A stretch of 45,542 bases of DNA, filler included, from Sphacelaria rigidula (lineage: Eukaryota), in assembly GCA_964200075.2 (NCBI GenBank). It is 2 parts of 2 records of this genome, joined end to end, with 100 filler letters (N's around TTAATTAATTAA, not from the genome) between each part and the next. Parts side by side here need not be neighbours in the genome. Positions count along the whole stretch, not along the records: positions 1 to 22,726 come from CAXNAA020000315.1; positions 22,827 to 45,542 come from CAXNAA020000316.1. One strand, given 5' to 3'. The notes below the pieces were generated by a model. That model was not told where the DNA came from and made no database searches. It saw only the letters and a program-made list of their open reading frames with translations. The first letter of the stretch is position 1; each line of letters begins with the position of its first letter. The position numbers were made by a program, and so were the translations under genes. Below, one piece after another: positions 13,303 to 26,828 of this stretch.

Positions 13303-16300
13303 ATGTTCACGGGAGCGACGAAGATTGTAAAGCCCGAGGGCCAGGAGCCTGATGAATTCGAGCAGACTGTGGCGCAGGAGCTTTTCAACCTCGAGGTGTG
13401 TTTGACGCTCTCATCTGCGCCGTACTGACTGTGCTGCAGAGTAACCCTATATCGCAACCCATGGCAAAAAGTGTTTGCGCCGTTGAAACCATGATATGTT
13501 GATTGTAGTCAAGAGCACTAAGTATCGTCAGCTGTGTTGCGTGTAGTCAAGAGCGCCAAGTATCGTCAGCTGAGTTCCTGGATCGACCTGCCGCCTTTCA
13601 GACCTGAATGTTGTAATATACGTTATAAAAACGCCACATATTGACTTGACGCACTGATACCGCTTGCCTAATGACAGCCTTGTTCTACTGGGTGAATTCT
13701 CCCAAAAGAGGGGGCATTCTCAGAGTTACATTTTCGAGCAGCAGACCGCATGGAAGACATGGTACTTGAAAATATCCTACCCTCCGTACAAGACAAAAGT
13801 GTGCAGCACTTTTACATGGTTGTCGTGTTTGGCTTGTGTCCGATGGAGAGGAGATTTGATGCTCGCGTCTTTTGGTAGTCATCGGAATCAGTCTGCGCCA
13901 CTTTCATGCTTGTTTCCCTGACGAAAATGGGTGAAGACGAGCATCTCAGAGTGTGCCGGTCGCCCCATGGCTCAGTTCGTCAGCTCGAAACTTTCAGGCG
14001 GTTGGGATGTTGATTCAAATCTCCGTGAATTCACACGATCTCCTCGTGATTTTTTTAGTGCGTCCCCAACAGGGGATCGCCACTGTGTTGTGGCTACACG
14101 AAAAGTTGACTTCACGACCAAGGAGAGGAAGGAACTTCTGAACCCTTGTCGCGACAGGGAGTGCAGGCGCCACAAGAGGACGGTGTACTATTGGAAAAAA
14201 AAAACTGTGTTGACCTTCCTTCTGTGACCCCAGTTGATGCCCCCACATAACGGAAAGGTGTAGACTGGCGTCCACAATGGATGGGATGACAACACAACAC
14301 AAAGGGTTGCTAGTTTGCCTTTGATCCAGATGATACGTAAAAAATTGCGCCAAATCAAGGGATGACACATCTCCATTGAGTAATCAAATCCAAACATTTT
14401 TCTTTACGGCCAGATTGAGGGGCCGAAGACGGGGGGAGGGGGTCGGCTGCTCTATAAATAACTTATTAGGCTGCAAAATGTTGTCAGACCTGTCAATTAA
14501 ATTTTGGGTAAAGTGTTGGAACTGTTTTGCTGGGCTCGCAGTGAGGGTGTTGACACCGTTTTCAAGATCTTTCCGAGTTGACCGCGAGTCGAAAGGATGT
14601 GACTGATATTGTACTTGAAGGGTACGAAGAACAGAGCGAGTGATGGAATATGATTCTCCATTTTTTTTTTTGGAAATACTCTGATCAGAAAATGTCCCAC
14701 CTCAGGATCGCCGCATCCAATGGGGGTAATATAGGACATATAATGAGATAGTTCAATATCATCAGTTGTCTACATTGTACATGAGCACTGCAACGGAGCA
14801 GCCTGCGGAACCTTGTAACACTACTGTGATGTCATTCACCAAAATATGAAATATTATCGCCTTAAATATGGGCTTCAGCGTGTTTGTGTGTGATTCCTGG
14901 AGTGGCAGATCGGTCACCCAGGGAAGACGAGGCACCTTGCAGGCGTCGCTCTCTCTTACTGTGTTGGTATCCATAATTTTTAACGTCATGATCCCATCTC
15001 AGTCGTCTGATCGCCCAGGGGTACCCCGTCATTTGGGCGGGCATCATATTGATTTGAAGAACATTGATGCTCCGGTGTCCGTCTTTGAATCAGTAGAGGC
15101 TTTGAAGTAGTTTTCACAAATATTTTTATTGCTGATGTTGATACGCAGTTGGTATCCTTTTGCTTTGGAGTTCTATCGAGAGATACCTTGGCTACCCATG
15201 ACTGGGATATTTCAGAGCACTGTAGTGAAAAGCGAAGACCGCACAACAGTCTGTACAAAGCGGCGAGATGATCGAGATGCAAGCTATTGCGGGTTCATCG
15301 AGAGCGAGTGCGGTGGTCGTAATTCTTGTCCACCTCTCATGACGTGTCAACGGAACTGTCGCCGTATAGAACTTATCTCGGTGGAGGAGCATGATGACAG
15401 AAAAAAATACTTCAGCACTGCGCAGTAGGACACCTGCAGTTGATTGTGTACAAATCGTTGCCAAAGGAACAAGTCGTGAATGGTTCCGACATGGCCTTGA
15501 TTTCTACGGCTTCACGTCCCAGATGTTGTCCCGCGTCGAACCTGGCATTGATCACTCCCGCCCCAAGATGAGCTTCCCTGAAGAGATATCCATGAAGCAG
15601 ATGGCGCGGTGTCCAATAGTTCGTTCTCACGGTGTTCGAGGTGTAAGCCCCAAATCTGTCATGTCCAATCTCGCAGACCTGGCGCTCTTCGGACTCGTCC
15701 TTTGTTCACTATTCCGGAACGTCAGACGAACTTGTTGGCACTAGTGTTTGGCCTGCCGTCACCTCAAGCAGTGTCGTAATGGAGTGCACACGCCAGTACA
15801 AGCAACCAGTAGCAACGTGGCGCATGTAGTGGTGCTCTGCTCGCGATATCACCTACTGGGTGCCGAAATTCGAGAGGCTCTGAGATGAGGACAGGCGTTG
15901 TTGCCACATGACATCCACGAAATGGGTCACAAAATATTTCGTGGCTTCGATACTGTCCACTGCAAACAACGAGCCACCTACACTTGTCCCTCGTGTGTTT
16001 TGCCGTTGTTTTTTATCTGCGCAGATGTCCGCCGCGGACATCAAGTCGGATATCCGTGATCTGTACATCACGGGCGCAAAGCAGGTCAGTTCGTTCGGGT
16101 ATCGTGTTTGATTCGAGTTTGATTTTCCAGTCTACAACCGGTAGGGATCGCGTACATGCCTCATCTTCATCACTCATTGTCTTCAATTATTTTATGGGTG
16201 GGACAAGAACTTTCCTCTAGCTTCATTGATCGTACCGGACGAAAAAATCCTCGGGCGTTGTTTTCAGCGTTGCACCGCACCTCAGGCACGTGGAATGGCA

Positions 16301-18699
16301 CAGTGTCGCGTCGAAACATTTTTGACCCGTGGTGGACTTGATGCTTTTTCCCAAACATTATCAGACCTGAATAATCGTGGATTTGGTGATGGAACCCGCG
16401 GTAATTCATCCGACCGTAAGGTCATGACATATATCCATAGATGGTGCACTTGTTTCTTTCCCGATTGTCCGATATTAAAATGTATATGAACGATGAAGAA
16501 TTTACTCGTCCGTGACCCGCAGACGGTACAGTTGGATATATATATATACAAATTATATACACAGGCAGTGCACTTGTTTCTGTTCCGACTGTGTCCAATA
16601 CTAAAATATATATGAAAACAATCCCAACTGCACCGTCTGTGCGTCACAGATGATGACGAATATCCCAGCGAGTGCACTATCTATGTATATATCTCATAAC
16701 CTTTGATTCGACCCTTGGATTATTCTTCGATACCCAAAAAACCCGCCACTTACCGGTATTTCCATGATAAGGCAGACGACATGTCTGATGAAGTCAAGCG
16801 TACACATCTGCTAATGTCCTGAGAAGAGTCGCCCATCTCTTTCATGGGAGAAAGCAGACGTTACTAGACCTCCGACGTGTCCACGTGTCCTAGCGTTTGA
16901 ATAATTTTTGTCCAGATACCTGCGTCAGATCGTTCGATGCCTAACACCTCTCCCACAATGATACCTCTGGCAAGCAGGTGGACGTGGGTGGTGGGAAAAA
17001 GGCCATCATCATCTTCGTACCGTACCGTCTCTTGAGGTCTTACCACAAAATCCAGCAGCGCTTGGTACGCGAATTGGAGAAGAAGTTCAGGTACGGAGGG
17101 CTGTACCCACTTGAGGATTACCGCTGTATTGATGAACACTGAATACGCGAGACTCGAGGTGACGCACTGTAGAAGCACTGGTAGGCTTCAGTACGCACAC
17201 GGCGTGCCGAATAGTGGGCTTGCACGCGAGGCGTTGTTTAGCGGGAGTGACGACAGAACACTCCTCCATGGGCTGAACGGGGTGCTGTTCGAGCCAAACA
17301 CCCCGTTTTCAACCGTCGGCCGTCCAACGTGTTGGTTTATTGCAGGTGGTCCTGTTCATCTTAGTGATAGGAAATGCAGAAATTTTCGACAACCCAAGCA
17401 TGCATCACCGTCTCTTACTTTCCTCACTTCACACATTTCTCTCTGCACTCCTATTGAGATTTGCAGCGGTCGCCACGTGGTGATCATCGCGACCCGCACC
17501 ATCCTCGGGAAGAGCTACGCCCGCTCCACCAAGACGCAGGGAATCCGGCCCCGTTCCCGTACCCTCACCTCCGTACAGGACTCCATGCTTGAGGTGACGG
17601 CCACTTGTATTTTATCCTGGGAACAAATATCACATGAGTTTTACCCGCACATTTGCTTCGAAGTAAATTTAGCGCCGTTTTTTTTTTCTCATTCTCTGGC
17701 TTCGAACTATTTGAGCTCGGATGTGTTCGTACTTGGAAAAACCTGGAATAATGCGCGATGTTCATACGAAAGTTCATGGCATTTTTTTCGCGATATTTGC
17801 GTCGAAAATGAGGTTGCCCCCCTTGGATCGACACTGCTTGACTTCGAAGAACGCGTGGGTTACATTAACTTGCCTCAGCCACTTGTCTGCATGAGTCTCC
17901 AAAATGAAGAATGGAAACATTGTCATTCATGACCTTGTCTTGTATCCACACCAAATATCGTCCTTGGATTTTCTTCGTGAAAGTCAAGGAAGGTGTTTCC
18001 AATCACTGTTGAACTCAGCAGTAACGATGAACAACAAGGACTGACTTGATGATATTTTGCTTCGTCCGCGTGTGGCATGGCAGGACCTGGTGTTCCCGAC
18101 GGAAATCGTTGGCAAGCGCACACGATGCAAGATCGACGGGTCAAAGCTCCTCAAGGTCCAGCTTGACCCCAAGGACCAGGTAAGAAACATTTTTGACGCT
18201 TGTTACAGCAGACGTCCGCTGAATCGTGAGCCATTTACACATATTTCGAAACCTCTTGATCCTTCTCCGACGAAGTCGTCCACTCGTCTGTGGAATCAGC
18301 ATGTTTTTCTCCAAAGATACCGTGAGGGAAGCCTACAATGAGACTCCACCTGTGCGCTTGTCCTAGTGTGGTCTCCGCGTACATGGAACTACGAGTTGTC
18401 GATTGAGGCCTCAGCCAAGAGTTTTCCCGTCTGTCAACAGCGGAAATACTCGATTCAAAGTATGACACCCTTGGTCGACGAACATGCGTATTTCATACTG
18501 ATTTCACATGCTCTACGGGGTCGGTAATTGAGTGAAATTCACCCTCAAGTTATGCACCTCTTGAACTGCCCCGTTTTGTCGTTGTATACGAACGAATCAA
18601 CAGGTGAACGTGGAGACCAAGCTTGACACGTTCTCGTCGGTGTACAAGAAGATCACCAACAAGGACGTGGTTTTTGAGTTTCCAGTGCAGGAGCCGTAG
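13303..18699 (+). CDS. RPS7: 40S ribosomal protein S7 (eS7), 6 coding exons, 194 aa
   Basis: Exons 13303-13395 ([31 protein letters not shown]), 16025-16084 ([20 protein letters not shown]), 16978-17090 ([38 protein letters not shown]), 17467-17593 ([42 protein letters not shown]), 18084-18179 ([32 protein letters not shown]), 18604-18699 ([31 protein letters not shown]). All introns are GT..CAG with compatible phases. Hallmark eS7 motifs [20 protein letters not shown] and EIVGKR are present. Confidence 0.97.
13504..13572 (+). repeat. ~30-bp direct duplication in RPS7 intron 1
   Basis: tgtagtcaagagcactaagtatcgtcagctg ... tgtagtcaagagcgccaagtatcgtcagctg. Confidence 0.85.
14140..14300 (+). mobile_element. 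Older copy of the (CA)n-tailed retroposon 3' end, in RPS7 intron 1
   Basis: ctgtgttgaccttccttctgtgacc..cccacataacggaaaggtgtagactggcgtccacaatggatgggatgacaacacaacac aligns with 22963-23075; the tail has decayed. Confidence 0.65.
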
Positions 18700-21630
18700 T
18701 CCGGGCACCGTTGTAGGCACCGTTTCACGTAGCGCGTAGCGGTGTTGCTGCTAGTGATCAGCCAGCTCTAAACTTTTCAGCTCAGCTCTTGTCTCGACAC
18801 ATGCAGATGCGTCCAACGTGCATACGCCACAAACGTGCACTTGACGAGTGCAGTCATGATTCTAAGGAGTCCATTTTGGTACCGATGATGACGGTGCGCC
18901 TACGTCATTCCTTGATTTCGACGGAAATCATGTATTGCCTCTTTCGCCACCTGGTGTCGCCCTGATGTAAGTCATGGGCTGATGGGGCATCTCCTCGTGT
19001 CTGCCCTGCCCTGGGTCTGGAGCCAACTTGACGGGATGATGCCAAGACCGATGTGACCACCTTCACATCCCTCACGCCAAACAACGTAATAAGATTCTGG
19101 AGACGAAGGGCAATAATCAACGGGTATGCCGGATTTTATTTCATTTTCAATTATTGACGCTGAGCCTCGGATATGCGTCGGAAGTTGAGGGGAAAAACTG
19201 CACTAGCACCGAGAGTGCCCAACACAAAGAAATCCGTGATCCTATGCCCCGTTTTTCACCCCTGACGTTTCCGGGGGGGAGTGGACGGGTGATGAGATAT
19301 TATGGACGAAAAGAGAAGAAGAATGGAGTCCACACAGCTCCACTTATCCGCACACGGTCGAAGCCAACGCCGATTTATATGCAAGAGTTGCGGCACTATG
19401 CTGAACACCGAACCTTTGATCAGAGCAAGACAAGCAATTACCACAATTCTCTACAATTCTTGCTCAATCAGGCTAAACGCATCAATCCCCACCGCCCCAG
19501 TGCGTCGCATCTTGTGGTGGTGGACGCGGCCAACAGTCATGGACGCTACCTCGACCAGGTCACTATCAAACGGGTATCTTGACTGTTCCTCCACATGTGG
19601 AAAAAATAAAATTTACGACCGGCGGAGGGGGGGCAGACAGGGTGTCCGATTTCTTGTGGGCACTCCTATTGGTACACATGAAGAGTCACGTGCACGACCA
19701 TCCCGTGCTCAACTGCACATTTCGAGTGGCTTTCCCTCGTCTAATTTATCTCAGCTGTGAACGGACAGATGCGTCCATGTTTTGGACGCGAAGGCGGTTG
19801 TGAACAATGTCCTCGAATCGGCGTACTTGTCGAGGAGCGATTCGTAGACGTGCGATCTCGAGGAAGAATACTTGCTGAAAAAAGAGCACGACGGGAAAGC
19901 ACCATGTGTGGTTCAACTATTGTCGGCGATGTGTCCCTGCCGATAAGATTTTGTTGCGGAACTCTCCTCTGAAATCGCCAATTTGGTGTTTAACGCCAGC
20001 GGGTAAAATCTCTCGTGTTGTCGAAGTAACAGTAGGACTGATGGAGACGTTAGCATGAAGTATACGGCGCGGAATACTGTCCTCTCGGTCGCTGTTCCTC
20101 CCTCACTACAGTAGCGGTCGGACTAACCATGCATGGATATTTTGGAGTTTCTCTCGCGTACTGCTATTCGATAGAACTTGAAATTGCTTTTATGGAACAA
20201 CACCAAAGATCATTTTCGAAACACAGAGCCCAAGTCATTGTTCGTGGGTGTCATCGGGCGAAACGAGCAAATACCCCGTTTACCAGGAGGGTTCTATTGA
20301 CGGTGAAACACAGTTTGCAGGGAGCAACGAGTACGCCAAGTCTCGAAACAATTATACTGTACATTTTTTACCCATATAAATCGGGGCGGTCTCGATCGCG
20401 GCCGAAAATACACGAGAGTAAGAACCAGAGCTGGACCGTGGCAGCACCCCCGCTGACCGGTCAGCCCGCAAGTCATCAGTATCGAGTACAGATGACATAT
20501 TCTTGGGATGTGGAGCGGATACAAATATCTTCATATCTCCGATGTGATGACGGTTCGCGAGCGGAAAGAGCCCAGGGAAATCTCCGATCACGAAAAAAGC
20601 ACAAAATGCCACAACATTAATAACAGTTGGACCGCTCACTAACTGTATACAGTGGAGGTATCGCGTCCAACTACTGTTGTGGAATAGAAATATTGAGAGA
20701 TTCGCATGTCAGGGTAATTAATGTACGCCGAGAAAAGGGCTTGAGCCGGCTCGTGAATATATTTCGCCACAACGAACTTGTTCAACCGATTGGCAGAAAT
20801 ATATAACGTCTCAGCAAAGACACAGATTTCGGTAGCACCAATAATCGCACATGATTGTTGAACCTGGTTCAACCCGCACATCTCTGGACAAGATCAATAT
20901 GCGGGATCAAGCTCACGTGCAACGCAATTCAAGTGACAACCTGTGATGGTTACAGCTCGCGAGACTTGGAAAGTATTTACCCTGCAAGCGCACATGACAT
21001 GAAAAAGTGCCACTGCGGTACACCTGTGTTTCACATTGATGATTAATGTTGGAAAAACACTACAGGCAGGTACGTGGCAAAATCAGCGATGTGGGTACGT
21101 ACAATGCAGCCAACCGCCGCATTTCGCTGTACTGAAGCAGGGGTTGGTCTGTGTCGCTGACGGACCGTATTACACCCCGTCCTGCCCTGCCCTGAAACAT
21201 GTACTCTTCGTACGATTATTTCTCAACACGTTCTTCTATAATATGATACATTATTTCCGCCGCGACGATGTATCCGTGGGCTAATCATCGGTGCCGGAAT
21301 GGTCGGGAATACTTCCAAATCTTCACCGAGTAGACGACGTGGTGAGCATTCCCGACCCTCGATTGGCCAGAACATACTCACCCACTGGTCACGAAGCTTA
21401 GTACTTCCCACTTGTTACCGCCCCACTTTTTGATTGTACTACTCTCCTCGTTACGTCCCGTGCCAGTCATGACGAGCCATTTATTCTGCGTTGTGCCAAC
21501 TTGTGACTCGTGATACTTCAGCCCAGCCAAAGGTCTGGCACGTACACGCTCAAAGTGTTAGTCCATAGTATCTCGCTCATCGGGTAATGCCTAGCTCCCC
21601 AAAACCCAGCTTCAAAATTGTCGGCGCTGA

Positions 21631-21726
21631 TCAGTTGTCCTTCTTCATGTTCGCTGGCAAGTCGCTCATGACCTTCGCCGCGTTGGCCGCCATTTTTTCG
21701 ATACCCTCCGCTGCTGCTGCGCCGCC
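21631..21726 (-). CDS. Probable terminal exon of an unknown minus-strand gene (GGAAAAEGIEKMAANAAKVMSDLPANMKKDN*)
   Basis: Minus strand shows a pyrimidine-rich tract and ...gtgaacag acceptor, then 31 sense codons with GC-rich coding-like usage and a TGA. Upstream exons would lie across the scaffold gap. Confidence 0.5.
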   Translation of the reverse strand, partial: GGAAAAEGIEKMAANAAKVMSDLPANMKKDN

Positions 21727-21954
21727 CTGTTCACGATGTTGCGAGAAACGAACATTAACCTTCCGACAACAAAAAAATTGACAACCTTATAGCAAGAGCA
21801 GCAGTCACTCGCGAAACTAAATATTTCGTGGTCCATCTCACTATAATATCCCCACAAGACCTACAGTGCCGTGTAGTCAGTCGTAGGGTGTATAGTATTG
21901 AGGGTGCGCGGGCGTCAGACTGCATCAATCAACAGTGCTGATTTTTGGGGCCGG

Positions 21955-22170
21955 CCACTTTCTTTCGAGGAAGCGATACGGGGAATAGCGAACAGGGAAG
22001 CAGTAGGGTGGGACAAAGCTCCCATCGGAGGTCCTCGGCATACTATGAATGAGATACGGAGTTCCTCAACTAATACAAGAAGAAATGGAAACATGCACCG
22101 TGTTGGAAAGGCGCGTCGCTCTTGAAGATGAGGGTTTTTGCAAAAATGCGACAATCAATCAATCAATCAA
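21955..22170 (+). mobile_element. Highly deleted LINE fragment with (ATCA)n tail
   Basis: FEEAIRGIANREAVGWD resembles the AI..M.N.KAVGPD motif preceding LINE RT domains. It ends in aaatgcgac(aatc)n, the same terminus as the other copies. Confidence 0.55.
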
Positions 22171-22726
22171 CTCGAACAGAAACCTGTGCAACTAGTTGCG
22201 TGCAAACAACTACTCGGTCAGGAACCTGTATAGCCAGTTTGGTGTGAAACCAACAACGCGGTCAGAACCTGTACGACTAGCTTTTGAGGATACAAATGTG
22301 TCGAATAACGTCTAATACTTGAAACTGACGACTACTCAGTTGCTTCCTGTCTAGGCAGTATGATCAAAACGTAGACGAGAACTACGACCAGGCTGTCGGG
22401 CGCTCTATCGGGCGCAGTGTATCTCATTCACACCGTGTCAACTTTGAGGTGGGGGGGTGCTATTGGCCGTTGGTTGGTGACAACCATCACATTCTCGTGC
22501 CGTGCACTTGCAAATTCGCTCATACTCGAATCGCGCAAAGCAAGCGAAATTGCTCTGAATCCATTTCGCCGTTTTCCCCCGCTGGTTCAGTCATTTTGTC
22601 AAAACACGCGACACTTTCTACGATAGCCCAAGGGCGCACAAAAAAAAAAAAAATGCCCCCCCCCCCCCCCCCCCCCCTTATCCCCCACCACAACAATTTT
22701 TTTTTTTCAAACTTCCAAAATAATTT

Positions 22727-22826
22727 NNNNNNNNNNNNNNNNNNNNNNNNNNNNNNNNNNNNNNNNNNNNTTAATTAATTAANNNNNNNNNNNNNNNNNN
22801 NNNNNNNNNNNNNNNNNNNNNNNNNN
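22727..22826. other. Artificial 100-bp scaffolding linker (N44-TTAATTAATTAA-N44)
   Basis: Symmetric N runs around a 12-mer that gives stop codons in all six frames. Confidence 0.95.
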
Positions 22827-22859
22827 CCAAAGCGAAAAATGCGCCACCCTCTCTTGCTC

Positions 22860-23170
<311 letters not shown>

Positions 23171-24775
23171 CAGATTACGGGTATGTCCCATCATGTTGAA
23201 GGCAAATGTGAAGTACTATAATAAACACTTTGTGCGCACACACTCGCTGCAATGCAGCAGAGAGCACGGATGCATGGATGCGAACGGCGATGGGGGGAAG
23301 GATGAGACAAGTGCATCACGCTGCCAGCCGTGAAGTGCAGAGCGGCAATGTAGCTCCCTTCGCAACCCGAAAAATGGTAGTCTCGCTTGCTCTCAGGGTG
23401 TTCCTTCGCACAAGCCGCGGGGCGGGGCTGTTGCGACTTGTTTCTGCAGGTGTGGGGTGGGCATATATTTCGTCTAGTACACAGCAAAGCCCAGTACTCG
23501 TAGCGCGCCGGGGTAGCCTTATGGTGTGGTGTCGAGGTTGCATGATGCCTATATTGTGCAGGATGTCGCTCATCATGGTGTACAACTTGTCTTGTTTCTG
23601 ACAAACCATAATCCCTCTTGTCCATATCGTGCACAGCATATGTGAATTGTCCCTGTAATGACCTCTGTTACGCCCTTGCACTGGTGTCAGTTGTCGGGTA
23701 ATGTGCTGTATGTACCGTCCTACACAACTCCTTCGACAGTTAAAGGGTTGGGTATTACACTAGAGCAGTGAAATGGACCATGGTTCAAACGCAATCCTCC
23801 GCACTCTGGACAACAGATTCCATCGTCAAAGAATGTACTGGGCACAGTATTGATGTTTTTGTCGGATTGTAGCAGACACATAATATATTCCATACTGTGC
23901 ACAGTACATTAGTTGGCAATGGAATCTTTTGTCCAGGGCGTGTCATCCTCCCCTTCGATTCCCGGGCTAGACACCTTTCCAGTTCGAGGCGAAGAGGTGG
24001 AATCCGCAATCTGTCACCAACAATGCCGACAGGTGGGATCCTCGGATATCACCGGTTGCATAGAGCAGGTTGGCAATTTCGATTGGTATCAGGATTTGTG
24101 ACGGATTCAAGCCGCATCTTACAGACTGAAAAAAGTATATCTGAGAGTTGCCGTTCTGAAACTTCCATCACGGATTATTGGCCGAATACGTGCCTTTGCA
24201 GATTTGGCCTCCTAGGGAAGATTGGCGATGTTTTTCACGAGTACTCTGGCCAGGGCTGCACATCGGATGTCGATAATCGATACGATTTCGAATATCGAAT
24301 ATCAATATCGAATATCGATACGCTCGATATTTTTGTTTTATTCGTCACGTTAGCTCGATTTCTCGGAATCGTCGTCACAAGAAACGCAAGGGGTGGTATT
24401 TCCCGAACGGCAGACCGCCAGTGGATGTGCAACCCCGCCCCTCCCCCATCCTTCACTCCACAACGTCCCCTTCACATACCACACACCGCTGGTACCTCGT
24501 GGGTTTAGGGTTTAGTGATATGATTCAGCGGGGGTGTTTACCAACGGCAACATACGGGTGGCGTGGCGGAGTAGATACGAGGTCACGATCAATGCAAAGC
24601 TGCAGATAACAGTATAAAAATAGCTGTCCTTCGGAGTATGTGGAGATTGTACTGTCGCTTCGCCTTTCCTTCATGTTTGACGAGTGTTGGATTTATTTTC
24701 CCCTCCATCCATTAGTCTAGACATTCTAATTGTTGCAAGCTTAGTGGTTTTTCCTTCTTGGTTGGTGACATACAA

Positions 24776-24801
24776 ATATATATATATATATATATATATA
24801 T
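24776..24801 (+). repeat. (TA)n microsatellite
   Basis: Directly visible. Confidence 0.95.
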
Positions 24802-26828
24802 TTGGCATCCAAGAGTTAAAACTTGACGCATGCTGCCGACCTTTCCTGTTGTTGGTAGTGAACGTTGGAAAAAAAGAGCTAGCATTTGTGTTTGTGCATG
24901 TTCGACGTTCGACACCTTTTCCTTTTCTAATGAACGTGCAGAGTCGAGGTATGCACTCATTCGATCAAAACACACGGAATAGTGACCGTAGAAATAAAAG
25001 CAGTATAACCAATACCACACCCGGCCCGCTGTGATCAACTACCTCTTGCACGGCGACGAAAGATATTCGCAAGACAGCTGTATCACCGCATGCCGCTGCT
25101 GCTATGATGTCAATTTGCACACCACCCTACACTACCCGCTGCTGTACATCATGTGTCCACTGCTGTCCACTGGAAACTACCGAAAGTTGCTTGAGATACC
25201 ACAGCCTCAGGAGCGATTTTCAAAGCTCGATTAATTTCTATCGAGATGGTTGCAACGACACCCAGTTCAGCCCTGGCATCGCTTCTGGTGAGCAGTAAGT
25301 GAGCTTTGAAAATCTGTGTAGGGGATGTGGTATCTTGAGCGACCTATAATAGTGAGTGAGGGTGTTCGTGTGCAAGTGCGCTGCTCGGTCTTGTACATTG
25401 CGGCCATACCAAAACAGCCGTATAGTATCAAATATGGATACTTGATACGTATCGTGTCATTTTTGGAATATCGACAAAATAATATCTGGATCGGCGATTG
25501 TGATTCCATATGTATTGTCTTTCCCTTGTCCAAAAAATAGAATACAAGCATCCATCCAATCACCCATCCTCAAACAATCTTGAATTAATTTATATATTCT
25601 AAGAATATTTATCGAACTTTGTTCTCGGTCCGATATGCAACCCTGATTCTAGCGCACTTTTCCGATCGTTTGTACGCCCAGTTTTACGTTTGACCGGATG
25701 CTGATTTTTTTCATTCGCCTCCATAACCGTACTGGACGGTTTTGGGTGTTCTCATGATCATGCATGCCATAAGACGACTGAAGGAGTTCAGAATCCGGTC
25801 AAAAGTAAAGCTGGGCGTACGAAAGATCGGACAAGCGCGCTGGAATCCTCGTGAAAAAGATAGCAAATCTTTCCGAGGAGGCCTCATCCGCCAAGGCCCG
25901 TATTCCGCGAACAATCCGCGATGAAAGGTTCAAAAGGGCAGTATTCAGAGAGATTTTTTCAGTCTAAAAGAAACGGCCCCACATGTCCGGAGGGCTTCTT
26001 AGTCTGCAGATTGAAATATTCGCGTGGATTGACGGGTCCTGGATAAATAGTCATGCTGTAGATGTTTTACGAATATATTTATGTATTCAGCGCGATTTAC
26101 ACGGCGCATGCATGTCTTCAGTAGGCCATGTGACCCCCCTGAGTCACCACGAAGACCATGGCATGTCTTCTCGAGGTAATGAATGCATGAATGGCAAAAG
26201 GAACAAGATGTCAACAACATGCATGAGATCCACACGTTGACCTCACTCTCTGCTGGACAAGTTCTACCGCACATCATGTATCGGCGTATCGGTAACAGAT
26301 GGCAAATATTGCTGCTCTGTGTCTCCGTATTGTAAGCACCCGTTACACGAGCCACGCAACGGCAACGATACCTTCATGCTGTACGGATTGGCTCACGCTT
26401 ATCACACAAAGTTAACTCATCATCAAATGCCTCCCACAATACCTACCCAGTAGTCGCATACATGGTATCATACTGGCCGTCGGTGAAAACTGAAATGGGC
26501 GACATAGCCGGATTTTTGGTGAAGATCAAAGCGGTGGCGCCAAGGGCTCAATGGTACCTCATTCAATCAGCGGCCTTCAAGCTGTTCTGGAATTGAAAAT
26601 ACCAACTCTGAACGTAATTTCTACCCCAATTTTCACATGCTTCGAATCGCAGTAACCGCCATCAGCTCGAAAATATTACCGATAAAGCAGATTTAAAGAC
26701 GGTCACAATGGGACCAAATTATACTCAACAGCGTGGTATTGAGGTGATGTGTGGTTTTGGCGTCGTCGGATTCCACTGACGATGGGCGCCAAAGAGCCAG
26801 AAAACCTCATGGCGGTTTCTTTTTATAG

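Noticed and set aside
16396-16407. 12-nt match to SSU rRNA (CCGCGGTAATTC)
   Set aside because: Too short, with no flanking rRNA similarity.
16650-16788. Box C/D snoRNA in RPS7 intron 2 (ATGATGA ... CTGA)
   Set aside because: Only a ~3-bp terminal stem, no clear D' box, and no rRNA-complementary guide that I could recognise. It would need a snoscan/Rfam hit.
17111-17932. 273-aa ORF as a stand-alone gene
   Set aside because: It is RPS7 exon 4 plus read-through of the flanking introns.
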